Assembly (NCBI GenBank): GCA_963751455.1
Contig: CAVVUN010000015.1
Span: 1,184,001 to 1,248,000 of the forward strand
Direction: 5' to 3'
Origin: Nitrospirota bacterium
Lineage (GTDB): Bacteria > Nitrospirota > UBA9217
Length of the DNA stretch: 64,000 nt
Under the pieces are notes generated by a model. It did not search any database and was not told where the DNA came from. It saw only the letters and a program-made list of their open reading frames with translations. Positions 8,653-18,500 of the stretch are shown one piece after another. The position numbers were made by a program, and so were the translations under genes. How positions within the stretch are numbered: position 1 is the first letter of the stretch; every line of letters starts with the position of its first letter.

Positions 8653-10821
8653 ATGATGACCGACAGGAAAGAGACGCAATCAGGGCTGCGGGGTGTGCTA
8701 TACGTCCTCGGGATCCTGGTCATCACTGCACTCGCTGTTGTCCTCCAGATCAAGTATCGTGGTTTCGAAGGTCCGTTCTCGGACAATATCCTCATCATCA
8801 TCCTGATAAACGCCAACTTCCTTCTCCTTGCAGCCGTTATTTTTATGACTGCGCGAAGCCTCTGGAAGCTGTCCATTGAACGAAAACACGGCGTCCTCGG
8901 AGCCAAATTCAGGACAAAGCTGGTGGCCGCATTCGTGAGCTTGTCCTTTATTCCGCCGATTCTCCTATTCGTGATCGGTACCGGGATGTTCACGCGGAGC
9001 ATGGAGAGATTGTTCAGTCTCAAGATCGAGAGCTCGCTGCAGGATTCCGTCGCCGTCGCGCAGGCTTATTACGATCTGCTCCGGAATCAGGCATACGGTT
9101 TCGGCAGGCAGGTAAGCAAGCAGATCACCGAGGAGCATCTTTTGTTCCGGTTTGACAAACCGGTACTGAAAGAATATCTCTCACGGAAGGCAGCCGAGTA
9201 CGGAGTCGGCTCCCTGGAGCTCTATGTCTCCGGAGACCAGACGTCGATATCGGCTGTTACGCGAAAGTTTCCTGCAAGGACATTTACGGCCACATCCGCT
9301 GACCTTGTTAAAAAGGGCTTTCAGGGGCAGGAGGCGTCTGCACTCATCGACCTCCGGAAAAAAGGCGAGATAGTGCGTATAATTGTGCCGGTGTTCGCAG
9401 CGCGTGAGGACAAGCTGGCATCGGCTGCGATAGCGGTCAGTTATTATGTGCCGCGGAGCCTTTCCGCGAAAGCAGCTGAGATCCAGGCAGGCTATGCCCA
9501 GTACCGGTCTTCGCTCAGAGGCAAGGAGCCGATAAAACTTTCACAACGACTCGGTTTCCTGACCGTCACGCTGGCGCTTCTGCTCGCGGCCATCTGGGTG
9601 GCGCTCCGCGTGGCTGACGGCATAACCGGTCCGATAAAAAAACTGGCGGAAGCAACGTCGGCCGTGGCAGCAGGCAGATTCGATTACCACATCGATGAAA
9701 CGACCAGCGACGAAGTCGGCGTACTCATCGATTCCTTCAATAAAATGACGAGAGACCTCAAACACTCGCGCGAACAACTGGAGCATGAGGTCTCCTATAA
9801 AGAGACCATCCTGGCGAACGTTGATACCGGCGTTGTGTCCCTGGACCGCTCGGGAACCATAATAACCATCAACCGGGCGGCCTCAGAGGTCCTCGGGGTG
9901 TCCGTCCAGGATGTGCTGAACAAACGGTATGATGAGGCGCTCGGGTTTATCGAGTTCAGTCCCATCCGCAATCTGTTCCGAAAACTCCAGGAAGGTAACG
10001 GCAGGGTTGAGCAGGAGCTTGACGTAAACGTACGGGGCAGGATGCTTACCCTTCGCATGAGGGTATCGGCCTTGAAGGACGGCGGAGGCACAACCATCGG
10101 GTCCGTAATCGCCTTCGACGATCTTACCGCGCTCATCAGGGCGAAGAAGGCCGAGACTTGGCAGGATGTTGCGCGCAGGATAGCGCATGAGTTCAAGAAC
10201 CCGCTTACGCCCATCAAGCTGTCGGCTGAGCGGCTGCGCAAGAAGCACGCCGAAGGAGCCGCGGATTTCGATACGGTATTCGACGAATGCAGCAGGACGA
10301 TCGTCCAGGAAGCGGACGGCCTTCGGAAGCTCGTCGATGAATTCGCCGACTTTGCCCGGATGCCGGGTTCCAATCCGGTTCCGCAACAGCTTGGTACCGT
10401 GATCGACAGCGCGGCCCAGCTCTACAGCAGTGCACACAGGGACATATCGGTAATTAAAGAAACTTCGCCGGACGGTATGCCGCCCGTAATCTACGATTAC
10501 GAACAGATAAAGCGGGTTTTAATCAACCTGTTTCAGAATGCGGTGGAAGTCATGGGGGGACAGGGCAGGATCTGGGTTGCATCGCGAATGACAGCGAACG
10601 GAATGGCCCAGATCGAGGTGGCCGACGAAGGGCCGGGGATAGCTCCCGAAGACCTGCCGAGCCTGTTCCAGCCCGATTTTTCACGAAAGAAGAAAAAGAG
10701 CGGATTGGGCCTGGCGATCGTTCTCAGAATCATTAAAGACCACGGCGGCGCGATCCGCGTGGAGCAAAATGCGCCGAAAGGCGCCCGGTTTCTGATCGAC
10801 CTGCCGGTACAGCAAGGGTAA
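8653..10821 (+). CDS. NtrY-like membrane sensor histidine kinase (HAMP, PAS, HisKA, HATPase)
   Basis: TM helices, DEVGVL..SFN.M, WQDVARRIAHEFKNPLTPI, DEGPGI, GLGLAIV. Confidence 0.9.
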   Translation: MMTDRKETQSGLRGVLYVLGILVITALAVVLQIKYRGFEGPFSDNILIIILINANFLLLAAVIFMTARSLWKLSIERKHGVLGAKFRTKLVAAFVSLSFIPPILLFVIGTGMFTRSMERLFSLKIESSLQDSVAVAQAYYDLLRNQAYGFGRQVSKQITEEHLLFRFDKPVLKEYLSRKAAEYGVGSLELYVSGDQTSISAVTRKFPARTFTATSADLVKKGFQGQEASALIDLRKKGEIVRIIVPVFAAREDKLASAAIAVSYYVPRSLSAKAAEIQAGYAQYRSSLRGKEPIKLSQRLGFLTVTLALLLAAIWVALRVADGITGPIKKLAEATSAVAAGRFDYHIDETTSDEVGVLIDSFNKMTRDLKHSREQLEHEVSYKETILANVDTGVVSLDRSGTIITINRAASEVLGVSVQDVLNKRYDEALGFIEFSPIRNLFRKLQEGNGRVEQELDVNVRGRMLTLRMRVSALKDGGGTTIGSVIAFDDLTALIRAKKAETWQDVARRIAHEFKNPLTPIKLSAERLRKKHAEGAADFDTVFDECSRTIVQEADGLRKLVDEFADFARMPGSNPVPQQLGTVIDSAAQLYSSAHRDISVIKETSPDGMPPVIYDYEQIKRVLINLFQNAVEVMGGQGRIWVASRMTANGMAQIEVADEGPGIAPEDLPSLFQPDFSRKKKKSGLGLAIVLRIIKDHGGAIRVEQNAPKGARFLIDLPVQQG

Positions 10822-10942
10822 ACCGAATTGCGAATTCTACCCTGCTCTTGCGAATGCGCGGGCATAAACGGATTGTGGATTGTGGAGTAAAAATTCAAAT
10901 CCGAAATCCGCAATCTGAAATTGAAAGGGAGGATTTAATATT

Positions 10943-11314
10943 TTGGATACTGCATCGACGATACTGTTAACCGTAATTGCCATATTCATGATCGTGAAGC
11001 TGCTCGGTTTTCTGAGCCGCCTGGGGATCAAGCAGTTGACGCCGCGGGAACTGGACCAGAAAAAAGGCATGATGCTGATAGATGTGCGGAGCACTAAAGA
11101 ATATCAGAAGGGACACATTCCGGGAGCAGTCCACGTGCCGCTGGCGGACATAGGCGACAAGATAAAGAAGGTAAAAAAAGATAAAGAGCTCGTGGTCTAT
11201 TGCAGAACCGGCAACCAGAGCATCTGGGCCATCAAACGCTTGATGGGCATGGGCTACAAGAACCTATTCAATCTGAAGGGCGGCTACAGTGCCTGGAAAA
11301 AACATCATCCTTGA
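10943..11314 (+). CDS. Rhodanese-like domain protein with N-terminal TM helix
   Basis: IDVR..EY..GHIPGA, YCRTGNQS, LKGG..AW. Confidence 0.88.
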   Translation: MDTASTILLTVIAIFMIVKLLGFLSRLGIKQLTPRELDQKKGMMLIDVRSTKEYQKGHIPGAVHVPLADIGDKIKKVKKDKELVVYCRTGNQSIWAIKRLMGMGYKNLFNLKGGYSAWKKHHP

Positions 11315-11942
11315 ACTGAAGAAGGACTATCGCCGCAAGAAACCGGCGATCACGCAGCGGCTGAGTGAATTCAAGGCGACCTATGAAAAGGGAGACCGGG
11401 CGATCTTCGAAGAACTGTGTTACTGCATCCTCACGGCCGGAAGCAGCGCGAAAATGGGAATGCGCACAGTTGAGGCGCTGAAGGACATCCTGCATTCGGG
11501 GACGGAGAAGGAACTCCGTGAGCGGGCTCAAACGAGCCGGGTAAGGTTCTGGCGGATTCGTACCTCATATATATTCGAGACCCGGGAGTATCTCAAGGAA
11601 GCATGCGGCATGAAGCTTCGTAGCTTGCTGGAGTCTTTTGACTGCCCTTTCAAGCGCCGCGATTTTTTTGCAAAAAATAAATCGATCAAGGGGCTGGGTT
11701 ACAAGGAATCAAGTCATTTTCTGCGTAATATAGGCTTTCCGGGGTATGCGATCCTGGATAAACATATCGTTAACAGCCTGCATGAAATGCGGTTGGTCAG
11801 AAGTGCAGCTCCGCCCGGGACCGGCGCCAGGTACCTCGAGATTGAAAAAAAGCTTCGAGACTTTGCCATAGAAATCGGCATCAATATGGACCACCTGGAC
11901 CTGCTGCTGTGGTCCGGGAAGACCGGAGAGATTTTGAAATAA
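11289..11942 (+). CDS. ogg: N-glycosylase/DNA lyase (OGG2-type 8-oxoguanine glycosylase)
   Basis: ELCYCILTA, KGLGYKESSHFLRNIG, AILDKH, C-terminal TGEILK. Confidence 0.88.
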   Translation: MPGKNIILELKKDYRRKKPAITQRLSEFKATYEKGDRAIFEELCYCILTAGSSAKMGMRTVEALKDILHSGTEKELRERAQTSRVRFWRIRTSYIFETREYLKEACGMKLRSLLESFDCPFKRRDFFAKNKSIKGLGYKESSHFLRNIGFPGYAILDKHIVNSLHEMRLVRSAAPPGTGARYLEIEKKLRDFAIEIGINMDHLDLLLWSGKTGEILK

Positions 11943-11962
11943 ATTTCGAATGAGGAGTGCAG

Positions 11963-12328
11963 ATGAAAAAGGCCATTGCAGTATCAGTTCTCGTTCTTTC
12001 CCTGTGTCTGCCCGGTGCAAAGACATACGCGCAGCCGCAATCTTCCACACGATCTGAAACGGAACAGCAACAGAAAAAGAACAGAGAGTTCTCGGGAAAA
12101 GTGGAAGTGTTCGTGACATCATGGTGTCCGTACTGCACCAAACTCCAAAAATTTCTGAAGGCCAAGGGAATACGCTATACCGCTTACGATATCGAGACGG
12201 ACACAAGCGCCCGTAAGCGGTATAACGAATTAGGCGTCAGGGGAGTTCCCGTAACGAGGATAGGTTCTTTGATCATACAAGGATATAATCCTGATGCAGT
12301 TCTGAAAGCAATCGAGAGCGAACAATGA
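11963..12328 (+). CDS. Exported glutaredoxin-like protein
   Basis: Signal peptide, WCPYC, GVP. Confidence 0.85.
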   Translation: MKKAIAVSVLVLSLCLPGAKTYAQPQSSTRSETEQQQKKNREFSGKVEVFVTSWCPYCTKLQKFLKAKGIRYTAYDIETDTSARKRYNELGVRGVPVTRIGSLIIQGYNPDAVLKAIESEQ

Positions 12329-12345
12329 GACACTAAGGAGAGCTT

Positions 12346-12642
12346 ATGAGTGATAGGGGTCTGAAAAAAGCAGTGATCATCGGCGCGGCGCTCGGAGCGC
12401 TCTTCACCCTCGGTACGGCCCTGTCCATGGACATCTTTTTTTCGGACACCTTTCAGGGCACATGGCGTGACGCTGCGGCCAAAGATGTGACAAAGATGTT
12501 CGGACCCGGCTGCGGCGGGAATTATTTTGCCGTTACGCTAGTCCTCGTTCTCGTGATGGGCTTCCTCGCCGGCTTCGGTGCTTTTCTCGGCGCCGCCGCA
12601 GGTATGATCATGAACCGGTTCTTTAAACTCCTGGCAAAGTGA
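12346..12642 (+). CDS. Small membrane protein
   Basis: AAGGAG RBS, two hydrophobic segments. Confidence 0.75.
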   Translation: MSDRGLKKAVIIGAALGALFTLGTALSMDIFFSDTFQGTWRDAAAKDVTKMFGPGCGGNYFAVTLVLVLVMGFLAGFGAFLGAAAGMIMNRFFKLLAK

Positions 12643-12659
12643 AGGCCGCTCGTTATAAC

Positions 12660-12766
12660 ACTCATGCTCGTGTTCGTGATGGGATTCCTAGGCAGGCTAA
12701 GGGGCCTTCTCGGAGCGGCCGCGGGTTTTTATCATGAGCCATTTTTTCAAGCTCATGACGAAATAA
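12660..12766 (+). pseudogene. Degenerate tandem duplicate of the 3' end of 12346-12642
   Basis: Aligns by eye to ~12538-12642 (ttcgtgatggg..., ttctcgg.gc.gccgc, atcatga...tt.ttt.aa.ctc.tg) with indels. Confidence 0.65.
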
Positions 12767-12823
12767 ATGTGTGCTCAATGACCTGAAGGTAGTTCCGGCT
12801 TGTCCGGGTTAGGTAAGTTGGAA

Positions 12824-13063
12824 TTATGACTGACCCTTAAGCTGCTTCACTTCTTTTGAGGTAGTAATCAGGGCGTCGGACAGAGCTTTGACCGTGACTT
12901 TGATCTCCACGATATCTGCCTTGACTTCCGAAACATCATTTTTGATATCAGTGATGTCGTCTTCAATCGAACTCACACGGCCGTCGAGCTTGTCAACGCT
13001 GCTTTTAAGCCCGCCGATATCTGACTTTATTTCGAGAAGCATGTCGATGATCTTACTTTCCAT
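12824..13063 (-). CDS. Short coiled-coil protein, paralog 1 (79 aa)
   Basis: Heptad pattern, shares N- and C-termini with paralogs 2 and 3. Confidence 0.75.
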   Translation of the reverse strand: MESKIIDMLLEIKSDIGGLKSSVDKLDGRVSSIEDDITDIKNDVSEVKADIVEIKVTVKALSDALITTSKEVKQLKGQS

Positions 13064-13103
13064 TATTGACCACTCCAGGTAATCCTGCGCTAATAGTTGG
13101 AAA

Positions 13104-13385
13104 CTATGACTGACCCTTAAGCTGCTTCACTTCTTTTGAAGTAGTAATCAGTGCGTCGGACAGGGCATTGACCGTGGTTTTTATTTGCGAAATGTCGGTC
13201 TTCATATCAGACATTTCCTGTTTCATATCCGATATTTCGATTTTCATATCTTTGATGTCGTCTTCCACACTGCAAAGACGACCATCAAGTTTGTCGACGC
13301 TGACCTTAATCTCAGTCTGGCCTTTCCTGAGTTCGCCGACATCGGACTTGATTTCGAGAAGCATGTCGATGATCTTATTTTCCAT
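13104..13385 (-). CDS. Short coiled-coil protein, paralog 2 (93 aa)
   Basis: GGAG RBS, upstream TTGACA promoter, near-identical to paralog 3. Confidence 0.75.
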   Translation of the reverse strand: MENKIIDMLLEIKSDVGELRKGQTEIKVSVDKLDGRLCSVEDDIKDMKIEISDMKQEMSDMKTDISQIKTTVNALSDALITTSKEVKQLKGQS

Positions 13386-13469
13386 GACCGGACCACTCCC
13401 TGAGAACCACTGCCGCTAAGCAAAAAGTCTATCACGTCCGTCTCTTGGCTGTCAATCACAAAAAAAGCC

Positions 13470-13534
13470 GTTCTCAGCGCCGCTTGCGAAAACGATAAGG
13501 GCACATCCTCATCGATATACACCCTTATTCTCAT
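13470..13534 (-). pseudogene. DUF5615 PIN-like toxin, N-terminal fragment
   Basis: MRIRVYIDEDVP...ALR overlapping the DUF433 stop, truncated by the paralog-2 cassette. Confidence 0.6.
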
Positions 13535-13814
13535 TTTCCGAGCAGTCCTTTTATATTTTCTTCCGACTCTTCGTCTATTACCTGATCAATTTTTTGCTGG
13601 TGCTCATAATAGTAGGAGAGGGCATCATGAATTTGAGAAAGCGTGAGGTGGGGAAACTTTCGCGCGAGCTCTTCAGGGGTAAGCCCGGGGTAAGCCCCAG
13701 CTTGTAGTAGGCGACAATGTTTGAGACCCTTGTTCTTGTCCCCGCAATTATAGGGCGGCCGCCTTCCATCTCCTGTCGAGACGATATGTACGGATGAATA
13801 ATCTCTGTAGGCAT
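13531..13814 (-). pseudogene. DUF433 antitoxin, frameshifted
   Basis: GGRPIIAGTR..V, GLTPEEL...FPHL...QIHDALSYY. An 11-bp tandem duplication GGGGTAAGCCC at 13676-13697 breaks the frame. Confidence 0.8.
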
Positions 13815-13930
13815 ACTTTCCGCCCCCAGCGACGGTCACGCTTATTTTTTCTATGATAATTGAATTATAACGATTTCCGGACCGGTTATTTGGATAGGTT
13901 GCAAACTTGGGAAGTGGCACATCCTGGAAA

Positions 13931-14212
13931 TTATGACTGACCCTTAAGCTGCTTCACTTCTTTTCAGGTAGTAATCAGGGCGTCGGACAGGGCATTGACC
14001 GTGGTTTTTATTTGCGAAATATCGCTCTTCATATCAGACATTTCCTGTTTCATATCCGATATTTCGATTTTCATATCTTTGATGTCGTCTTCCACACTGC
14101 AAAGACGACCATCAAGTTTGTCGACGCTGTCCTTAATCTCAGCCTGGCCTTTCCTGAGCTCGCCGACGTCGGACTTGATCTCGAGAAGCATGTCGATAAT
14201 TTTAGTTTCCAT
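13931..14212 (-). pseudogene. Short coiled-coil protein, paralog 3, with a premature in-frame TGA
   Basis: TCA(Ser)->TGA at 13964-13966. The remaining KEVKQLKGQS codons are intact to 13931. Confidence 0.7.
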
Positions 14213-14454
14213 GACCGGACCACTCCCTGAAGGTCACTGCCTATAACTGCAAAAGTTTATCACGTCCGTCTCTTGGCTGTCAATCACCCAAGAACAGCGA
14301 TAGAAAATGGGCAGGCCCTCTTGAAGTGTCTGCGGCCGGTTTTTTTTAAACCCGCTCGCCCTATTCAACTTCACAACAACCTCAAGAGCAGCCCTGCTTC
14401 ACTTCGTAGGGACTTTTTTGCTCAAATTTCCCAATGAGGGCGCACTGATCCTGT

Positions 14455-14544
14455 AATGCGGTGTACTTCCGCATCGGGGTGATTGCCTATAATCTTTTCA
14501 TTGGGTTCAAACGGATTCCCTGCATTGAAACCTGGGCGCGACAT
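14455..14544 (+). mobile_element. IS1380-family transposase fragment
   Basis: Translates NAVYFRIGVIAYNLFIGFKRIPCIETWARH, resembling the IS1380 transposase C-terminal NA.FFRIGV.AYNL motif. Confidence 0.6.
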
Positions 14545-14560
14545 AACGACATAAGAGAGC

Positions 14561-15292
14561 CTAATTTACATACTCGAAATGAGCTCCTCCTGTGCCCGTT
14601 TTAGTATTTACGTTTCCGCTGATGGCTAACCCGCTATCTGGAACACTGAACATCAGCCATGTCGCCCCTTTTTTGAAGTTGAAAGCATTCTGGTTTTGAG
14701 CCACCGCCGACATATCAAGTTGAAACGTTACCGCATTCTCAGAGGAATGCAACGGTGTAATTTGAATGTTTGGCGCGCAGGTAGCTGCATATGCATCCGG
14801 GCAGTACTGAACCAGCTCGGTAGCACCAAAGCCGGTAATAGTAGTCAGACCCGTAAGAGAGACAGCAACACCCACAACAGATCCCGCAACATACTCGAAA
14901 TGAGCACCCCCTGTGCCCGTTTTAGCATTTACGTTCCCGCTGATAGCTAAACTGCTCTCTGGAACACTGAATATCAGCCATGCGTCACCGTTTTTGAAGT
15001 TGAAGGCATTCTGGTTTTGAGACACCGCCGACATATCAAGTTGAAACGTTGCCACATTCTCAGAGGAATGCAACGGTGTAATTTGAATGTTTGGCGCGCA
15101 GGTAGTTGCATATGCGTCCGGGCAGTACTGAACCAGCTCGGTAGCACCAAATCCGGCAATAGTAGTCAGGCCCGTAGGAGAGACATACACAGAGATAGTT
15201 TTCACCTCACTATGGTTGTCTTTGCAGCCCATAAAAAACGTGACTGCGGTAATAAACAATACTATCGATACTATCTTTAATCTCTTTTTCAC
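14561..15292 (-). CDS. Lipoprotein with two ~108-aa tandem repeats
   Basis: Lipobox FMGC. Near-identical repeats at a 324-bp period, each with a Cys pair. Confidence 0.8.
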   Translation of the reverse strand: MKKRLKIVSIVLFITAVTFFMGCKDNHSEVKTISVYVSPTGLTTIAGFGATELVQYCPDAYATTCAPNIQITPLHSSENVATFQLDMSAVSQNQNAFNFKNGDAWLIFSVPESSLAISGNVNAKTGTGGAHFEYVAGSVVGVAVSLTGLTTITGFGATELVQYCPDAYAATCAPNIQITPLHSSENAVTFQLDMSAVAQNQNAFNFKKGATWLMFSVPDSGLAISGNVNTKTGTGGAHFEYVN

Positions 15293-15404
15293 CTTGCACC
15301 TCCCGTTTTTCGTCTCCCGATTTCAATGCGCTGTCCGGTTTTATGACACAGAACCCAGCGCTGCCCTCAAAGTACTGCGACAACAGTGCCCTGTTCTCGG
15401 CGAT

Positions 15405-15526
15405 CGCCTCCCGTTTCATGCAGTTTGTTGCCGCCCTACATACGGGATTTGGTGCTGGACCGGCGGCTACCCTTTGTCCAGACCGGACTTGCACCGGCAA
15501 GACCTGATAAGCTTTCTTGGTACAAC
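15405..15526 (-). mobile_element. Group II intron (class C-like) 5' domain I remnant
   Basis: GTTGTACCAAGAAAGC...GCCGGTGCAAGTCCGG...GGCAAC...TGAAAC resembles domain I motifs. No RT ORF or domain V nearby. Confidence 0.45.
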
Positions 15527-15594
15527 TCGCGCTGCTCTTCCCGAACCTAACGGCTGACGTTTCACCGCTGGGGTTGGAAAAACAACCGCCTTGC

Positions 15595-18500
15595 CTAAGG
15601 CGATGTGACGAATGTACCGGAAGATCCAACAACCGCAAACTGTGTGCCTGACCATGTGATGTCAAAAAGCCCATTTGTCGTGCCTGATGTGCGCACTGTC
15701 CAGGTAACGCCATCAGGTGATGTGATGATTGCCCCTGAAGTTCCAACAGCCGCAAATAGTGTACCTGACCAGAAAATGTCGTAAAGATTCTGCGCTGAAT
15801 AACGCACTGTCCATATAACGCCATCAGGCGATGTGAGGGTTTTGGAAAATCCAACAACCGTAAACTGTGTGCCTGACCAAGCGACGCCATTAAGGTTATT
15901 TGTCGTGCCTGATATGCGCACTGTCCATGAAATGCCATCAGGTGATGTGAGGATTGTGCCGGAAGATCCAACAACCGCAAACTGTGTGCCTGACCATGTA
16001 ATGTCAAAAAGCCCATTTGTCGTGCCTGATGTTCTCGCTGTCCATGTAATGCCATCGGCTGATGTGAGGATTGTGCCGGAAGATCCAACAACCGCAAACT
16101 GTGTGCCTGACCAGACGATGCTAGAAAGCAAAGGTGTCGTGCCCGATCCGTGGTTCCATGTAATGCCGTCAGGCGATGTGAGAATTATGCCGGAATTTCC
16201 CACAGCCACAAATTGTGTGCCTGACCAAGCGACGCCATTAAGGTTATTTGTCGTGCCTGATATGCGGTCTGTCCATGTAATGCCGTCAGGCGAAGTGAGG
16301 ATTGTACCGGAATCTCCCACAGCCGCGAATATTGTACCAGTCCAAGCGACGCCGTTAAGGTTATTTGTTGCGCCGGATCTGCGGTTCCAGGTAATACCGT
16401 CAGGCGATGTGAGAATTATGCCGGAATTTCCCACAGCCACAAATTGTGTGCCTGACCAAGCGACGTCATTAAGGTTATTTGTCGTGCCTGATATACGGTC
16501 TGTCCATGTAATGCCGTCAGGCGAAGTGAGGATTGTACCGGAATCTCCCACAGCCGCAAACTGTGTGCCTGACCAGGCGATGCCAGTGAGCCCATCAGTC
16601 GTTCCTGACGCATGATCTATGGTCCATGTAATGCCGTCAGAGGACGTGATGATGTCGCCGTAATCATAAAGAGCCACAAACTGCGTGCCTGACCAGATGA
16701 TGCCAGCAAAGTAACCACCCATCCATGACTCTCGTATCGTCCATGTAATGCCGTCTGGGGATGTATGAATTGTGTAGTCATATCCGACAGCCGCAAACAA
16801 TGTGCCTGACCAAGCGACGCCATTAAGGTTTTTTGTTGTGCCTGATATGCGGACTGTCCATGTAATGCCATCAGGGGATGTGCGAATTGTGCCGCTCCCT
16901 CCCACAACTACAAACTGTGTGCCTGACCAGGTGATGCCAGAAAGGGTATTTGTCGTGCCTGATGAGCGGGCTGTCCATGTAATACCATCAGCCGATGTGA
17001 GGATTGTGCCGCTCCCTCCCACAGCTACAAACTGTGTGCCTGACCAGGTGATGCCATAAAGGGTATTTGTCGTACCTGATGAGCGGGCTATCCATGTAAT
17101 ACCATCAACCGATGTGAGGATTGTGCCATTCCCTCCCACAGCAGCAAACCGAGTGCCCGACCAGGCAATGCCAATAATCCAATTAGTGTTGGAGGGCGAA
17201 GCGAGCCAGTTTAAACCTGCAGTTGGTAGTGTAGTTGTTACAGTCAATGACGTACTATTTACTATCGTGCCAGATGTTGCGGTAATCGTAGCAATGCCTG
17301 CTGCAACACCTGTTGCAAGGCCACTTGCATTCACTGTTGCAATTCCTGCATTGGACGAAGTCCATGTTACAGAGGCTGTAATATCGTTCGATATCCCGTC
17401 GGAGTACGTGCCTGTGGCCGTGAACTGTTTGAGAGCGGTTGTAGCAATGCCAGGGTTAGCAGGTGTCACTGCAATGGAAACTAATGTTGAGGTCTGTGTT
17501 GTTATCGTCAGTGAGGCTGATCCCGATATGCTTCCCGACGACGCTGTGATCGTTGTCGAGCCAGCTGCTACGCCGGTTGCCAAACCAGCATTTGAGATTG
17601 TTGCCTTGCTCAGATTAGACGAGCTCCAAGTGACTGATCCAGTAATGTTTTGCGCAGTGCTGTCGGAATAGGTTCCTGTAGCTATAAATTGCTGACTCGC
17701 GCCTGTTGCAATGCTCGGATTAGTAGGCGTCACCGCGATGGAAACCAATGTCGCGGTCTGAGTTGTTATAGTCAGTGAAGATGATCCCGATATGCTTCCC
17801 AACGACGCTGTGATCGTTGTCGAGCCAGCTGCTACGCCGGTTGCCAAACCAGCATTTGAGATTGTTGCCTTGCTCAGATTAGACGAGCTCCAAGTGACTG
17901 ATCCAGTAATGTTTTGCGCTGTGCTGTCGGAATATGTTCCTGTCGCCGTAAATTGCTGACTCGCGCCTATTACGATGCTTGGATTAGCAGGTGTCACCGC
18001 AATGGTGACCAACGTTGCGGTCTGTGTTGTTATAGTTAGTGACGCTGATCCAGATATGATCCCCGACGACGCTGTGATCGTTGTCGAGCCCGCTGCGACG
18101 CCGGTTGCCAGCCCCGTATTTGAGATAGTTGCTTTGCTCGTATTCGACGAACTCCAAGTTACCGAGCCCGTAATATTTTGCGTTGTGTTGTCTGAATATG
18201 TTCCCGTTGCCGTAAACTGCTGCGTCGCGCCGGGTGCAATACTCGGATTAGCCGGGATCACTGCAATTGAAACCAACGTTGCGTTCTGCGCGGTTATAGT
18301 TAATGTCGCTGTTTTCTCTACACTCCCGGACATCGCCTTGATCGTTGTCGTTCCGGCAGCAATGGCAGTTGCCAGGCCAGCATTTGAAATATTTGCTTTG
18401 CTTGTATCAGAAGACGTCCAAGTAACTGATGCAGTGATATTTTGTGTTGAATTATCCGAGTAAGTTCCGATAGCTGTGAATTGCTGACTCGCGCCGGTTG

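Noticed and set aside
13964-13966. Selenocysteine recoding of the in-frame TGA
   Set aside because: The paralogs have Ser rather than Cys here and no SECIS-like hairpin is evident
14440-14480. Group II intron domain V on the minus strand
   Set aside because: No AGC/CGC triad in register. The plus strand translates as an IS1380 transposase motif.
15480-15500. Cobalamin riboswitch (GGTGCAAGTCC stem-loop)
   Set aside because: It lacks the upstream GGGAA and the downstream GCCACTG/B12 box. The context fits group II intron domain I better.
15210-18463. Alternative-frame and antisense ORFs over the repeat lipoproteins (also 36472-37389)
   Set aside because: They are shadows of repetitive, Thr/Ser/Gly-biased coding sequence
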